From the sequence record MT457553.1: a DNA stretch of 24,000 nucleotides; one strand, written 5' to 3'. This stretch comes from Shewanella phage Thanatos-2. The position numbers were made by a program, and so were the translations under genes. The notes beneath the pieces were generated by a model, which ran no database searches, was not told the DNA's origin, and saw only the letters and a list, made by a program, of their open reading frames with translations. Position 1 is the first letter of the stretch, and each line of letters begins with the position of its first letter. Positions 1 to 9,229 of this stretch are shown here, one piece after another.

Positions 1-795
1 AAAACCTTCTTGGAAAACTTTTTGAGCGGTCGTAGTGTAGTGGCATCACACAAAGTGGATACTTTCCTTCACTTACTATTAGGTACGGATGAATATAGTA
101 ACTCCAATCATCTAACCCGTATGACAGCTATTCCATACTGTGGAAGGCCTGTAGCTAATTATTTTGATTTTGCTAAGGTTAATTATAAAACCCGTAACCG
201 TAAATCCGGTAATATTCCTTTAATGAAAATGGCTTCGGATTCACAATATTCTGTTGCAAAAGACTGTATTATTATTGAACTGAGCCCTAAAACTGCTTTA
301 GCATCTAATATACGTCATTTCTTAGAATTTGGGCAAATCTTAAGGGCAGTATCATTCTTTAATTGCACACTAACTAGTATAAGTGGTAAATTTAATGAAG
401 ACAGTATTATTACACTTTATATCCCTATAGAACCGTTAGAACCTTGTAAAGTAGAATGTCGTGGGTATAACCGTGTTTTACGAAATAAATCAGGTAGTCC
501 ACAATTATCTTTAATGGAAATGGTTGCTAAAACTACACCAATTACACCGAAGATTGTGCCTATATTTCCTATATTTCCTATTGTGGGTCAAGATAAGCCG
601 ACTATTGAAGTAGAAAATAAATCAGTTGGCTTATCTCGTTATAAGTCTGCTTATGATAAAGCTAAGGTAGAATATAAAGCCGAGATCAATATTTCTATCC
701 AAGCAAAGAGAAAAGAATTAGAAGAGATCTTATATAAAACCATCTTGTTAGGTAAAGAAATTAAATTATTGGAAACTAAGTTAGGTGAACTATGA
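1..795 (+). CDS. Hypothetical protein, probably 5'-truncated by the window edge (frame open from base 1; the tracked start at 10 is a TTG)
   Basis: Open frame continues to base 1 (KTFLENFLSGRSVVASHKVD...); stop overlaps the next gene's ATG (ATGA at 792-795). No recognised domain. Confidence 0.7.
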   Translation, partial: KTFLENFLSGRSVVASHKVDTFLHLLLGTDEYSNSNHLTRMTAIPYCGRPVANYFDFAKVNYKTRNRKSGNIPLMKMASDSQYSVAKDCIIIELSPKTALASNIRHFLEFGQILRAVSFFNCTLTSISGKFNEDSIITLYIPIEPLEPCKVECRGYNRVLRNKSGSPQLSLMEMVAKTTPITPKIVPIFPIFPIVGQDKPTIEVENKSVGLSRYKSAYDKAKVEYKAEINISIQAKRKELEEILYKTILLGKEIKLLETKLGEL

Positions 796-1670
796 AACAA
801 AAAATGGTTTTGACCCAAGGTTGCCCGGGCTCTGGAAAAAGTACATGGGCTCAAGAAAACTGTAAACCTTATAATGCAGTTATTATTTCCCGTGATGATA
901 TCCGTATGTCATTATTTGGTGTATTACGCTCGGATTACAAGTATTCTAAAAGTAGCGAAAATCTTGTATCAGAAGTTCAATATTCATCAATCAAGACTGC
1001 AGTTAAAGCAGGTAAATCTGTTATTATTGCAGACACAAATTTAAATGAAAAAACTGTAGCAGTACTTAAGTCTATTGCCGATGAACATGAGCTTGAATTT
1101 GAAATCAAACGATTTGAATTGCCTTATACTAAGCTTAAAGCCCGTAATAGGATGCGAGGCACAAACAGTGTCCCTGAATCAGTATTACTATCAATGTATT
1201 CTAAAATGCATCCTGAACGCTACGTGGGTGACCCTAACTTACCTAAAGCGGTAGTATTTGATTTAGATGGTACACTAATGGATAATAGCCATCGTTCTCC
1301 GTTTGATTTCTTTAAATGTGATGAAGATGCCCCAGTGCCTCATATTGTAGAACTGTTTAAGATGTATCAAGCCCAAGGCTATAAAGTAGTTTGTGTCTCC
1401 GGTCGTCCTTCCGGTGATAAAAATGACCCTACTATTTTTAGTAAAAAGACTATGGCAAGCCTTAATAAAGCAGGTCTACAGCCAGACGAATTGTTCCATC
1501 GTCATTGGAATGACTCTCGTGAAGATAGCTTAGTTAAACAAGATATTTTGCTTAATCAATTAGCTAAGAGTTATAATGTCGTTCTTTCAGTAGACGATCG
1601 TGACAGTGTAGTAGAAATGTGGCGACGTATGGGTATTCCATGTCTACAAGTTAATTATGGAGATTTTTAA
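792..1670 (+). CDS. pseT: 5'-polynucleotide kinase / 3'-phosphatase (T4 PseT-like)
   Basis: N-terminal P-loop 'MVLTQGCPGSGKSTWAQE' plus C-terminal HAD phosphatase motif 'AVVFDLDGTLMDNSHR', and 'DDRDSVVEMWRRMGIPCLQV' as in T4 Pnk architecture. Confidence 0.93.
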   Translation: MKQKMVLTQGCPGSGKSTWAQENCKPYNAVIISRDDIRMSLFGVLRSDYKYSKSSENLVSEVQYSSIKTAVKAGKSVIIADTNLNEKTVAVLKSIADEHELEFEIKRFELPYTKLKARNRMRGTNSVPESVLLSMYSKMHPERYVGDPNLPKAVVFDLDGTLMDNSHRSPFDFFKCDEDAPVPHIVELFKMYQAQGYKVVCVSGRPSGDKNDPTIFSKKTMASLNKAGLQPDELFHRHWNDSREDSLVKQDILLNQLAKSYNVVLSVDDRDSVVEMWRRMGIPCLQVNYGDF

Positions 1671-2191
1671 TGAAATCCACTACGTTTATGCAGATTGCTT
1701 TTCTTGTATCACAAGAATCTAAATGTGTTTCATGGAAAGTAGGAGCAGTTATTGCTAAAGACGGACGTATTATTTCTACTGGGTATAACGGTTCCCCTAT
1801 GGGCCATAAGAATTGCTCTGAACATGCCAAAGAAAACAATTGGTTATTGGATGATGGTCGTTTAGCAAAAATTCATCGTGTAGCACATTCTACCTGGTCA
1901 CACAGTAATGAAATCCATGCAGAATTAAATGCTATTTTGTTTGCTGCTAAATCAGGTATTTCTTTAGAAGGTGCTAGTTTATATGTAACTGCTTCACCTT
2001 GTCCTGATTGTGTAAAATCTATTTGCCAATCCGGTATTAAGACTGTAGTATATAGCAAACTGTATGACCGTGGTGGTAAAGATTGGATTACAATGCTCCA
2101 GGATTCAGGTATTATGGTCCACCAGATCCCAGAATCTTCATTTAAACATCTTAATCTGGATGCAATCAAACAACAATGCTGTGAGGAATAA
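1670..2191 (+). CDS. cd: Deoxycytidylate (dCMP) deaminase
   Basis: 'SWKVGAVIAKDGRIISTGYNGSP', 'EIHAELNAILFAAKSG' (HAE motif) and 'ASPCPDC' (PCxxC) zinc-dependent deaminase motifs; starts overlapping the pseT stop. Confidence 0.93.
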   Translation: MKSTTFMQIAFLVSQESKCVSWKVGAVIAKDGRIISTGYNGSPMGHKNCSEHAKENNWLLDDGRLAKIHRVAHSTWSHSNEIHAELNAILFAAKSGISLEGASLYVTASPCPDCVKSICQSGIKTVVYSKLYDRGGKDWITMLQDSGIMVHQIPESSFKHLNLDAIKQQCCEE

Positions 2192-2193
2192 AA

Positions 2194-2517
2194 ATGAAAG
2201 CATTAGGACAACATGTAATTTTAGTATCACAACCTCCTCGTAAAGGGGATGAACAATTCTCTGGAGGTATTTTCATTGGCGTACAAGAAACCCATCAATT
2301 ACCTGAACTATGCGAAGTTTATTCTATTGGTGAATCTGTTCCACCTGGCTTTATTAATGTAGGTGATTTGGTTCCATTACCTGTAGGCAATATTCGTAAT
2401 GTTCCTACCTTGCAAGTTGCAATGGGTCTTAAAAAATCTGAAGATGAAGTTCTGAAATACGTAACATGTCATTATTCTGCTATCCCATGTGTGTATAATG
2501 CAAATCTCCAGCAGTAA
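2194..2517 (+). CDS. GroES/gp31-like cochaperonin
   Basis: 107 aa; 'MKALGQHVILVSQPPRKGDEQFSGGIFIGVQE...CEVYSIGESVPPGFINVGDLVPLP' matches the GroES fold pattern (mobile loop 'GGI', followed by a G-x-x-V.PG...GD-V segment). Confidence 0.65.
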   Translation: MKALGQHVILVSQPPRKGDEQFSGGIFIGVQETHQLPELCEVYSIGESVPPGFINVGDLVPLPVGNIRNVPTLQVAMGLKKSEDEVLKYVTCHYSAIPCVYNANLQQ

Positions 2518-2583
2518 TTGCTGACGATTTAATTAGTTTATAATTATTTTGAAATTTGAATAAATTCTTTTAAGGAAATTAAA

Positions 2584-2934
2584 ATGGCTAAACCATCTAA
2601 TGTACAAGTTAAAGCATCTTCTGTTAAAGTTCCAGGTTCTCGTGTAGGATATAAGCGTAAAAGCAACGCCCGTATTGACCAGAAATTAGCCCAGTTGATT
2701 CGTCGAGCAGGCTTTAAAGTTGTAGAAGGTGTTCAAGTAGCTAAGCACGCCTTTAAAACTAAAGAAGAGCGTGAAGCAGCAGCTTTAGTAGCCGCTTCAA
2801 TCCAAAAAGCTGAAACAGCTAAAGAAGAAGCTAAGGCCCGTAAAGAAACAAAAGCGACTAAAACCGCTAAAGCGCCTACAAAACCACGTGCTCCACGTAA
2901 GCCTAAAGCTAACAAAGTAACTAAAGCAGTATAA
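2584..2934 (+). CDS. Small basic protein with Lys/Ala/Pro-rich (histone H1-like) C-terminal tail
   Basis: 116 aa; C-terminus 'KARKETKATKTAKAPTKPRAPRKPKANKVTKAV'; good SD (AAGGAAATTAAAATG) and a downstream terminator. Confidence 0.75.
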   Translation: MAKPSNVQVKASSVKVPGSRVGYKRKSNARIDQKLAQLIRRAGFKVVEGVQVAKHAFKTKEEREAAALVAASIQKAETAKEEAKARKETKATKTAKAPTKPRAPRKPKANKVTKAV

Positions 2935-2939
2935 TTTTT

Positions 2940-2966
2940 AAGGCCTGGGTAACCGGGCCTTTTTGC
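2940..2966 (+). terminator. Rho-independent terminator
   Basis: AAGGCCTGG-GTAA-CCGGGCCTT stem (one T:G wobble) followed by TTTTT. Confidence 0.8.
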
Positions 2967-2982
2967 TTCTGTAAGGAATATT

Positions 2983-3582
2983 ATGAAACCTTTGATTTTA
3001 ACAGATATTGATGGTGTGATTATCCAGTGGCAATCTGCTTTATCATATTTTGCTTTAAAACATAATTTACCTACCGATAGAATTATCCAAGTACTAACAT
3101 CAGAAGAATTTGTTTCTCCTAGCGATTTATTTGGATGCTCTGAAGAAGAAGGTAAAAAGCTTATTGAGCTTTATAACTCTTCAGATTTTATTCGTTATTT
3201 GGCTGCTTATCGTGATGCTCTTATTGTTATCAATCGTATGAAGCAAACATACGATTTTATTGGTGTTACTGCCTTAGGTACATCAATCCAAACAAAACTT
3301 AACCGTAGATTCAATCTGAATGCTCTTTTCCCTAGTGCATTTATCGACATCAAGTTATGTGAATATAATGATAGCAAATCAGAATTACTTAAAGTTACTC
3401 GTGAAGAATATTCAGATAGAAATATCGTAGCTTATATCGATGATTTACCTAATCATGTTGATTCTGCTGCAGAAGTATTAGATTGTAAAATATTCTTTAT
3501 GGTTCGTGGCCCTAGAAACCGTCCTAAGAATCGCCATTTTGTAGTCGAATCTTGGTTTGACATTGAATTACTGATTAAATGA
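2983..3582 (+). CDS. HAD-superfamily-like hydrolase (putative phosphatase/5'-nucleotidase)
   Basis: N-terminal 'LILTDIDGVIIQW' (DxDGV) motif I and later 'IVAYIDDLPNHVDSA' (DD motif). Confidence 0.6.
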   Translation: MKPLILTDIDGVIIQWQSALSYFALKHNLPTDRIIQVLTSEEFVSPSDLFGCSEEEGKKLIELYNSSDFIRYLAAYRDALIVINRMKQTYDFIGVTALGTSIQTKLNRRFNLNALFPSAFIDIKLCEYNDSKSELLKVTREEYSDRNIVAYIDDLPNHVDSAAEVLDCKIFFMVRGPRNRPKNRHFVVESWFDIELLIK

Positions 3583-3589
3583 GAACTTT

Positions 3590-4990
3590 ATGATTTTACA
3601 AATTTTAAATGCTCTGAAACAAAATAGTTCTACTACTGTAAAGAAATCTATCCTAAAAGAATATAAAGATAATGAAACCCTTAAACGTGTTTTCTATCTA
3701 ACGTATTGTCGCCAGGTAGATTTCGGTATTAGAAAAATCCCGGAATACACAGAACAAGAAAAAGTAAATACCCTTGATTCAGCTTTAGACTTATTAAAGC
3801 CCCTACAAGAACGTAAGATAACGGGTCATGCAGCCATTAATTATCTTAGTAACTTATTAGGAAGTGTGAGCCCTGATGACGCTATTGTCTTAGAACGTAT
3901 TATTAGTAGGGATTTAGATTGTGGTACTTCACGAGCCATTGCAAATAGTATCTGGAAAGGATTAATCCCTGAACAGCCGCAACAATTAGCTACTGCATAT
4001 TCTGATAAAGCACTGGAGAATATTGTTTACCCCGCTTTTGGTGAATTGAAAGCTGATGGTGCTCGAGGTTTCGCTGAGTTGAGATTTTATAATAGCGATG
4101 ATGAAGACTCGCATGAGATCAAAATTTTATCCCGTTCAGGTAATCAATATCTAGGCCTAAAACAAATAGAAGATGAATTATATTCAAGGTTAGCTTATCT
4201 TAGAACGGAATACCCTAATGGGGTAATGGTCGATGGTGAATTAGAATATGAAGAGCTTGTTGAATCTGGTTTAGATTTCCTGTCTGATGAAGCCGAAGTA
4301 AAAGAAGGCGCAAATCGTACATTATCTAATGGTATTGCAAATAAATCTTTATCTGGTACTATTTCTATTGCTGAAGCAAAACAGATGAAATTTAAGGTAT
4401 GGGATATTGTTCCATTGGATGAAGTATATTCGGATAATTTCCCTGAATCAGAAAAAGCAACATATTTTGATCGAAGCCAATTCTTACGTGCAGTATTCTC
4501 AGATTCAAAGTATATTATTCCTATTGAACAGACTGTTGTGTATTCGTTAGAAGAAGCTAAAGCATTATTCCGTCAGTATACTGAACGTGGATATGAAGGC
4601 ATTATTCTTAAAAATACTAAAGCTTTCTGGGAAAATCGTCGCTCTAAAAACCTTGTAAAATTCAAGGAAGTATTTACTATCGATCTTAAATGTGTAGGTA
4701 AATATCCACACTCTAAAGACCCTACCAAATTAGGTGGTATCCATACTATTTCAGAATGTGGCCAAATTGAAGTTGACGTAGGCTCAGGATTCAAAGAAGA
4801 TGGTGGTGAATTAGACCGCACACTATTGATGTCCCAGGATATTGATGGGTGGATTTTTGAATGTGAATGTAACGGTCTAGTTACAAAGAAAAACAAATTG
4901 AACGGACCTAAGTCATTATTCTTAGGTGTAGTTAAACGAGTTCGCTTAGATAAAACTAAAGCGAATACATTAGAAGAAGTTTTTGGTTAA
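3590..4990 (+). CDS. ATP-dependent DNA ligase (T4 gp30-like)
   Basis: Adenylation motif 'GELKADGARG' (KxDGxR), 'GYEGIILKN' and 'NLVKFK' nucleotidyltransferase motifs in a 466-aa protein. Confidence 0.93.
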   Translation: MILQILNALKQNSSTTVKKSILKEYKDNETLKRVFYLTYCRQVDFGIRKIPEYTEQEKVNTLDSALDLLKPLQERKITGHAAINYLSNLLGSVSPDDAIVLERIISRDLDCGTSRAIANSIWKGLIPEQPQQLATAYSDKALENIVYPAFGELKADGARGFAELRFYNSDDEDSHEIKILSRSGNQYLGLKQIEDELYSRLAYLRTEYPNGVMVDGELEYEELVESGLDFLSDEAEVKEGANRTLSNGIANKSLSGTISIAEAKQMKFKVWDIVPLDEVYSDNFPESEKATYFDRSQFLRAVFSDSKYIIPIEQTVVYSLEEAKALFRQYTERGYEGIILKNTKAFWENRRSKNLVKFKEVFTIDLKCVGKYPHSKDPTKLGGIHTISECGQIEVDVGSGFKEDGGELDRTLLMSQDIDGWIFECECNGLVTKKNKLNGPKSLFLGVVKRVRLDKTKANTLEEVFG

Positions 4991-4999
4991 GGAAATATT

Positions 5000-7153
5000 A
5001 TGATTAGTTCTATTGAATTTAAAGCTACTGTAGCAAAATCTGCTCCAACAAACCATATATTTGTTGTAGACGTATCAGGCTCAATGTACTCTGAGTTGCC
5101 TAAAATCCGTACACATCTAAAAGACAATTTACCTACACTGGTAAAAGAGAAAGACACAGTGTCTATCATCTATTTTGCCGATCGGGGTCAATACGGTCCT
5201 GTGTTTGTAGGCCAACCTATTCATGACCTAACAGATTTGACTGAAATCAACAATGCCATTGACCGATACCTAAAACCACAAGGCTGTACTGGGTTTGTCG
5301 AGCCTCTTGAACTAGCAGTAGGCATTGCAAAGCGTTTAGATAACGGTAATTTAAACAGTCTTATTTTCATGACAGACGGTTATGATAACTGTTGGAAAGA
5401 AGATCAGATTTTATCTGCCTGCTCTAATTTGCCTGCTCAATTCTCTGATATTAGCTTCATTGAATATGGCTGGAATTGTAATCGTTCTTTATTAGAAAAG
5501 ATGTCTAGCGCAGTCAACGGCTTCCATTCATTCACTGAATCGTTTAAAGAATTTGAGCAATCATTCGGTGAAATCATCCAAGCCCGTACTTCTAAACGAG
5601 TAGAAATTGAAGTCCCGGGCGCAGAAGCAGTAGTCTATATTGACGATAAATCTGTTCGAGTTGTCAATGTGGTCAATGACAAAGCATTGGTACCTGAACA
5701 TGTAGAACAGTTATGGGCTGTTACACCAGATCTGGTAGATATGCTTTCCTATGAAAGTGACGAGCAAGAGTTATATGTTGCTTTATTCTATGCTGTATCT
5801 CGTATGAACCCAGAATTGGCTTGGAAGACTTTAAAAATCTTAGGTGACGTTAAACTAATTAATGAGTATAATAACTGTTTCACCAAACAAGATTATTCTA
5901 ACATCAAAGAACAAATTTCAAAAGCCGTTCTTTGTGAAGGTGAGCGTTATCTTCTTGGTGTAGATTATGAATTAGTTCCAGATGAAAATGCCCCTACAGT
6001 TCTAGATGTATTAGAAGTGCTTATCGAGAATAATGCTTCTTTGGATGTGGCTTCGCCTGATTTTAGCTATAATCGTATTGGACGCAAGACAAAAGTAAAA
6101 GAAGATACCAAGATCGATGATCTGACTAAGCAAATTGCTGAAGCAGAATCAAAAGAAGAACGCCGTAAATTAGCAATGGAATTGGCACTACATGAAGAAT
6201 GGACACCAGAATTTAAATCAAATGATGGTCCTATTTCTTTACGCCGTATTGTAACTAATAGTTCTCGTCCTAACATTAGTGTAAATACAGCTTTAGAAGG
6301 TCGTATAGAATTACCATTCTCTAAGCAAATTGACTTTAATTTGCCTGAGAGTTTGCCTAGCACAATGTTCCGTAACTATACAATTGTTAAAGATGGCATT
6401 ATTAACATGAAGAAGTTACCTGTGATTGTCCCTGCAATAACACTAAATGACCTAGATGGTATTGTAGACTATCAAGTAACAGACCATGTAGACGATAATG
6501 TGCATATTACTATCGAGTTGACTTCTGTTCCTTTAGTTAACCGTGCTATGATTAAAGATGTAAGTGGAACCAAGTTTGCTACGGCCCATGTACATTTACA
6601 ATCACTCAAGGCTTTACAAAAGGTATTGAAGCATAAACGTGATGAAATTCTAGGTGTAACTAATACTGCCAAGCTAAAAGAACTTTACGGTGAAGAAGCG
6701 GCATTATGGCTATCTGAAAATGGCATTCGCGATTATGGTTTTGCTCCTAAAACCGAGCGCGAAGAATCCACAGACGTCTATATGAGTAAAGAGCTTAATG
6801 TTAAAATTAAAGGTCTTTCTGCTCTCCCTTCAGTAAATGCAGTATTAGCTAAAGTTGAAGGTAACAAGAAACTAAATGTCGCTGACCAAATGGTTTATGA
6901 TGCAATCCAAAAGATTGAAGCTGAGTTAACTTTTGAAGATAATCCAGAAGCATATATCAGTAAAGCTACTGCAGATGCTATTGAGAAGGTTCGTAAAATC
7001 GAAGGTACTCTATCTAAGATCATGTATGCCGTAGTAGTTGGTAAGTCATGGTTCAATGATGTGGATTTTGATTCTCCTACAATCACTGTTACAGTAGGTA
7101 AAACTGATTACCAAGTAACATTTGAGTTAGAAGAAAAAGAAATTAAGATCTAA
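5000..7153 (+). CDS. VWA-domain protein of unknown role
   Basis: 717 aa; MIDAS-type 'IFVVDVSGSMYSELPKIR' (DxSxS) near the N-terminus, 'SLIFMTDGYDN' downstream; long charged C-terminal region. Confidence 0.85.
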   Translation: MISSIEFKATVAKSAPTNHIFVVDVSGSMYSELPKIRTHLKDNLPTLVKEKDTVSIIYFADRGQYGPVFVGQPIHDLTDLTEINNAIDRYLKPQGCTGFVEPLELAVGIAKRLDNGNLNSLIFMTDGYDNCWKEDQILSACSNLPAQFSDISFIEYGWNCNRSLLEKMSSAVNGFHSFTESFKEFEQSFGEIIQARTSKRVEIEVPGAEAVVYIDDKSVRVVNVVNDKALVPEHVEQLWAVTPDLVDMLSYESDEQELYVALFYAVSRMNPELAWKTLKILGDVKLINEYNNCFTKQDYSNIKEQISKAVLCEGERYLLGVDYELVPDENAPTVLDVLEVLIENNASLDVASPDFSYNRIGRKTKVKEDTKIDDLTKQIAEAESKEERRKLAMELALHEEWTPEFKSNDGPISLRRIVTNSSRPNISVNTALEGRIELPFSKQIDFNLPESLPSTMFRNYTIVKDGIINMKKLPVIVPAITLNDLDGIVDYQVTDHVDDNVHITIELTSVPLVNRAMIKDVSGTKFATAHVHLQSLKALQKVLKHKRDEILGVTNTAKLKELYGEEAALWLSENGIRDYGFAPKTEREESTDVYMSKELNVKIKGLSALPSVNAVLAKVEGNKKLNVADQMVYDAIQKIEAELTFEDNPEAYISKATADAIEKVRKIEGTLSKIMYAVVVGKSWFNDVDFDSPTITVTVGKTDYQVTFELEEKEIKI

Positions 7154-7165
7154 TAAGTAAAAATT

Positions 7166-7189
7166 AAGGAGGCTTCGGCCTCCTTTTTG
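7166..7189 (+). terminator. Rho-independent terminator with TTCG loop
   Basis: AAGGAGGC-TTCG-GCCTCCTT followed by TTT. Confidence 0.9.
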
Positions 7190-7196
7190 CTAGGTA

Positions 7197-7225
7197 TTTA
7201 CATTTAAGAAAGAATAATATACTAT
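7197..7225 (+). promoter_or_regulatory. Sigma70-like promoter
   Basis: TTTACA (7197-7202), 17-nt spacer, TACTAT (7220-7225). Confidence 0.65.
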
Positions 7226-7258
7226 CTGTGTATTAAACCCAATAAAGGAAATAACCAA

Positions 7259-7312
7259 ATGAAGAAATTTGAATTATGTATAGGATGGGACGGTTATGGG
7301 GAGTGTAAATAA
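7259..7312 (+). CDS. Possible 17-aa micro-ORF MKKFELCIGWDGYGECK, coupled to the downstream gene
   Basis: SD-like AAAGGAAATAACCAA before ATG; its TAA overlaps the next gene's ATG (TAATG). Not in the supplied ORF track because of its size. Confidence 0.35.
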   Translation: MKKFELCIGWDGYGECK

Positions 7313-7782
7313 TGAACCCGCTTTTAGCTAAAGCCCTTGGACATGTTGAAGAAATCCATAAAGATGATAAGTACGGCGAAAACCCGTATATGTACCACAT
7401 AAACAATGTATATCGTAGAGTGGCACTAGGTGCGTTTCATGTGCCCGATGAGATTTTAATTAAAGTTTGTATTCTTGCATTATACCATGATGCTTATGAA
7501 GACCATTCCAATAAAGTAAATTTAGACTGGTTTGCTATGACTTACGGCGAAGACCTTAAAAAATCCTTGCTGGCTATTTCCTTTAATAAAGGCCACGAAA
7601 CTAGAGAAGAGTATTACCAAAGGGTAGAAAAAGACTACTATGCTTCTTTTGTGAAATACCATGATGCTAAGGAAAATGCATTTAACTGCTATGTTGAAGG
7701 TAATACTGAACGGGAAAAGTATTATCAAGCTATAGTAGAAAGATTTGAAAATTGTGCATTAAATGTTTATGCTCCGACTTAA
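7312..7782 (+). CDS. HD-domain metal-dependent phosphohydrolase-like protein
   Basis: 156 aa; 'NPYMYHINNVYRRV...ILALYHDAYED' is typical of the RelA/SpoT/MESH-like HD domain N-terminus (H...HD). Confidence 0.7.
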   Translation: MNPLLAKALGHVEEIHKDDKYGENPYMYHINNVYRRVALGAFHVPDEILIKVCILALYHDAYEDHSNKVNLDWFAMTYGEDLKKSLLAISFNKGHETREEYYQRVEKDYYASFVKYHDAKENAFNCYVEGNTEREKYYQAIVERFENCALNVYAPT

Positions 7783-7797
7783 TCCTTAGGAAATATT

Positions 7798-8619
7798 ATG
7801 ATTAATTATAAAGATGGTCTAAATGGCTGTTACATGAATTATGTAGGCAATAAATGGCGTTATATGGAAGAAATCCATAAACGCCTGCCTGGTGGCAATT
7901 TAAAAGCCTTGGATTTATTCTGTGGTGGTGCTGTAGTATCTTCTCATTTTCCTAAAAATTGGAATATCACTATAAATGATTTGAATAATAGATTGGTCAA
8001 TTTGCATATCGATACCCAAAATGATTCTTTCTTAGATCATTGCTTATGGCTTATGGATAGATTTGACCTGAGTAAATCTAACAAAGGCGGTTATTTTGAC
8101 TTAAGAGCTAATTATAATGACAGCCCCTCTAGTGAAATGCTCTACATGTTATTATGTCATTCATTTAGTAACCAGATCAGATTTAATCCTAAAGGTGAAT
8201 TCAATTTGCCGTTTGGTAATAGAACATTCAATAAAAACCTAAAAGAAAAACTCAGACGATTCAAGAATAGAATCTCTGAAAGGGCCATTAAATTTACATC
8301 AAATAATTTCGACCACTTTGATTTTGACTCTTTCGACTTTGTATTTGTGGACCCTCCGTATCTTGAGGCAGCAAATTTCTACGGAGCAGACGATTGGAGC
8401 CTTACAGACGAGAAAATTTTACTTGATAAACTCAAGAACACTAAAGCTAAATGGATGCTGACCAATCAGACAATTAGTAAAGGAAAGAAAAATAAATTAC
8501 TTGTTGATTTTATCAATCAAGGCAATTTCAATGTACATGAACTAAGAGACACTACCAAAACATGCAACTATCAACGTAAAGGTGGTGAAACAGTAGAAGT
8601 GTTGATAACTAACTATTAG
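7798..8619 (+). CDS. D12-class DNA N6-adenine methyltransferase (Dam-like)
   Basis: 'ALDLFCGGAVVSSHF' (FxGG SAM-binding motif) and 'FVFVDPPYLEAANFYG' (DPPY catalytic motif). Confidence 0.9.
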   Translation: MINYKDGLNGCYMNYVGNKWRYMEEIHKRLPGGNLKALDLFCGGAVVSSHFPKNWNITINDLNNRLVNLHIDTQNDSFLDHCLWLMDRFDLSKSNKGGYFDLRANYNDSPSSEMLYMLLCHSFSNQIRFNPKGEFNLPFGNRTFNKNLKEKLRRFKNRISERAIKFTSNNFDHFDFDSFDFVFVDPPYLEAANFYGADDWSLTDEKILLDKLKNTKAKWMLTNQTISKGKKNKLLVDFINQGNFNVHELRDTTKTCNYQRKGGETVEVLITNY

Positions 8620-8622
8620 CAG

Positions 8623-8651
8623 TTTACATACTATGGTATATGATATAAGAT
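8623..8651 (+). promoter_or_regulatory. Sigma70-like promoter
   Basis: TTTACA (8623-8628), 17-nt spacer, TAAGAT (8646-8651). Confidence 0.65.
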
Positions 8652-8680
8652 AGTCTCAGAATTAACACTGGGAGTATAAA

Positions 8681-9184
8681 ATGTCATATCAAACCAAAAA
8701 GACTTTACTTGAACAAGTTAAAAACCTTCTAGCTTCTTATGACGCTAAGTTGTTAGAAGATACAATCAAATGGGCTGAAGGCCGTGTAAAGGCTATCCAA
8801 GAATACAAAATGTCAGATAAGGCTAAAGACCGTTCAATCCCGGTGTCCAGTCGGTATAATACTCTATATGGTATAGCGGGTGGAAAATCTTGGTATAACA
8901 TTTTCGATGGACGTAATTGGCCTATGATTGTAGAGCTTATAGAAAAGAACCATATTGCCAAAACAGATAAACGGAATTATAAAATTGTTGAAAAGCTTTT
9001 TGATTCTGGTGTAACAGATATAGCTAATATGACGGTTCGGTGGCATGAAAACGGGTTTGATGGCTTATATCTAATTGAATCTGCTGACGGTACACGATAT
9101 GTTAGAATTAATACCGTGTATGCAGGCGGATATAATATCCAATGTGGCCATTTACGAGTTTTAGTTAAAGTAACAAAACACTAA
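8681..9184 (+). CDS. Hypothetical protein (167 aa)
   Basis: GGGAG SD before ATG; flanked by its own promoter and terminator. Confidence 0.8.
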   Translation: MSYQTKKTLLEQVKNLLASYDAKLLEDTIKWAEGRVKAIQEYKMSDKAKDRSIPVSSRYNTLYGIAGGKSWYNIFDGRNWPMIVELIEKNHIAKTDKRNYKIVEKLFDSGVTDIANMTVRWHENGFDGLYLIESADGTRYVRINTVYAGGYNIQCGHLRVLVKVTKH

Positions 9185-9192
9185 TTATTAAC

Positions 9193-9217
9193 GGCCTAGG
9201 AAACTAGGCCATTTTTT
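9193..9217 (+). terminator. Rho-independent terminator with GAAA loop
   Basis: GGCCTAG-GAAA-CTAGGCC followed by ATTTTTT. Confidence 0.85.
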
Positions 9218-9229
9218 GAAGAGAATATT

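Noticed and set aside
4573-9046. Minus-strand ORFs opposite the ligase, VWA, HD, methyltransferase and 8681 genes
   Set aside because: All lie antisense to well-supported + strand genes with recognisable motifs; they show no motifs or ribosome binding sites of their own.
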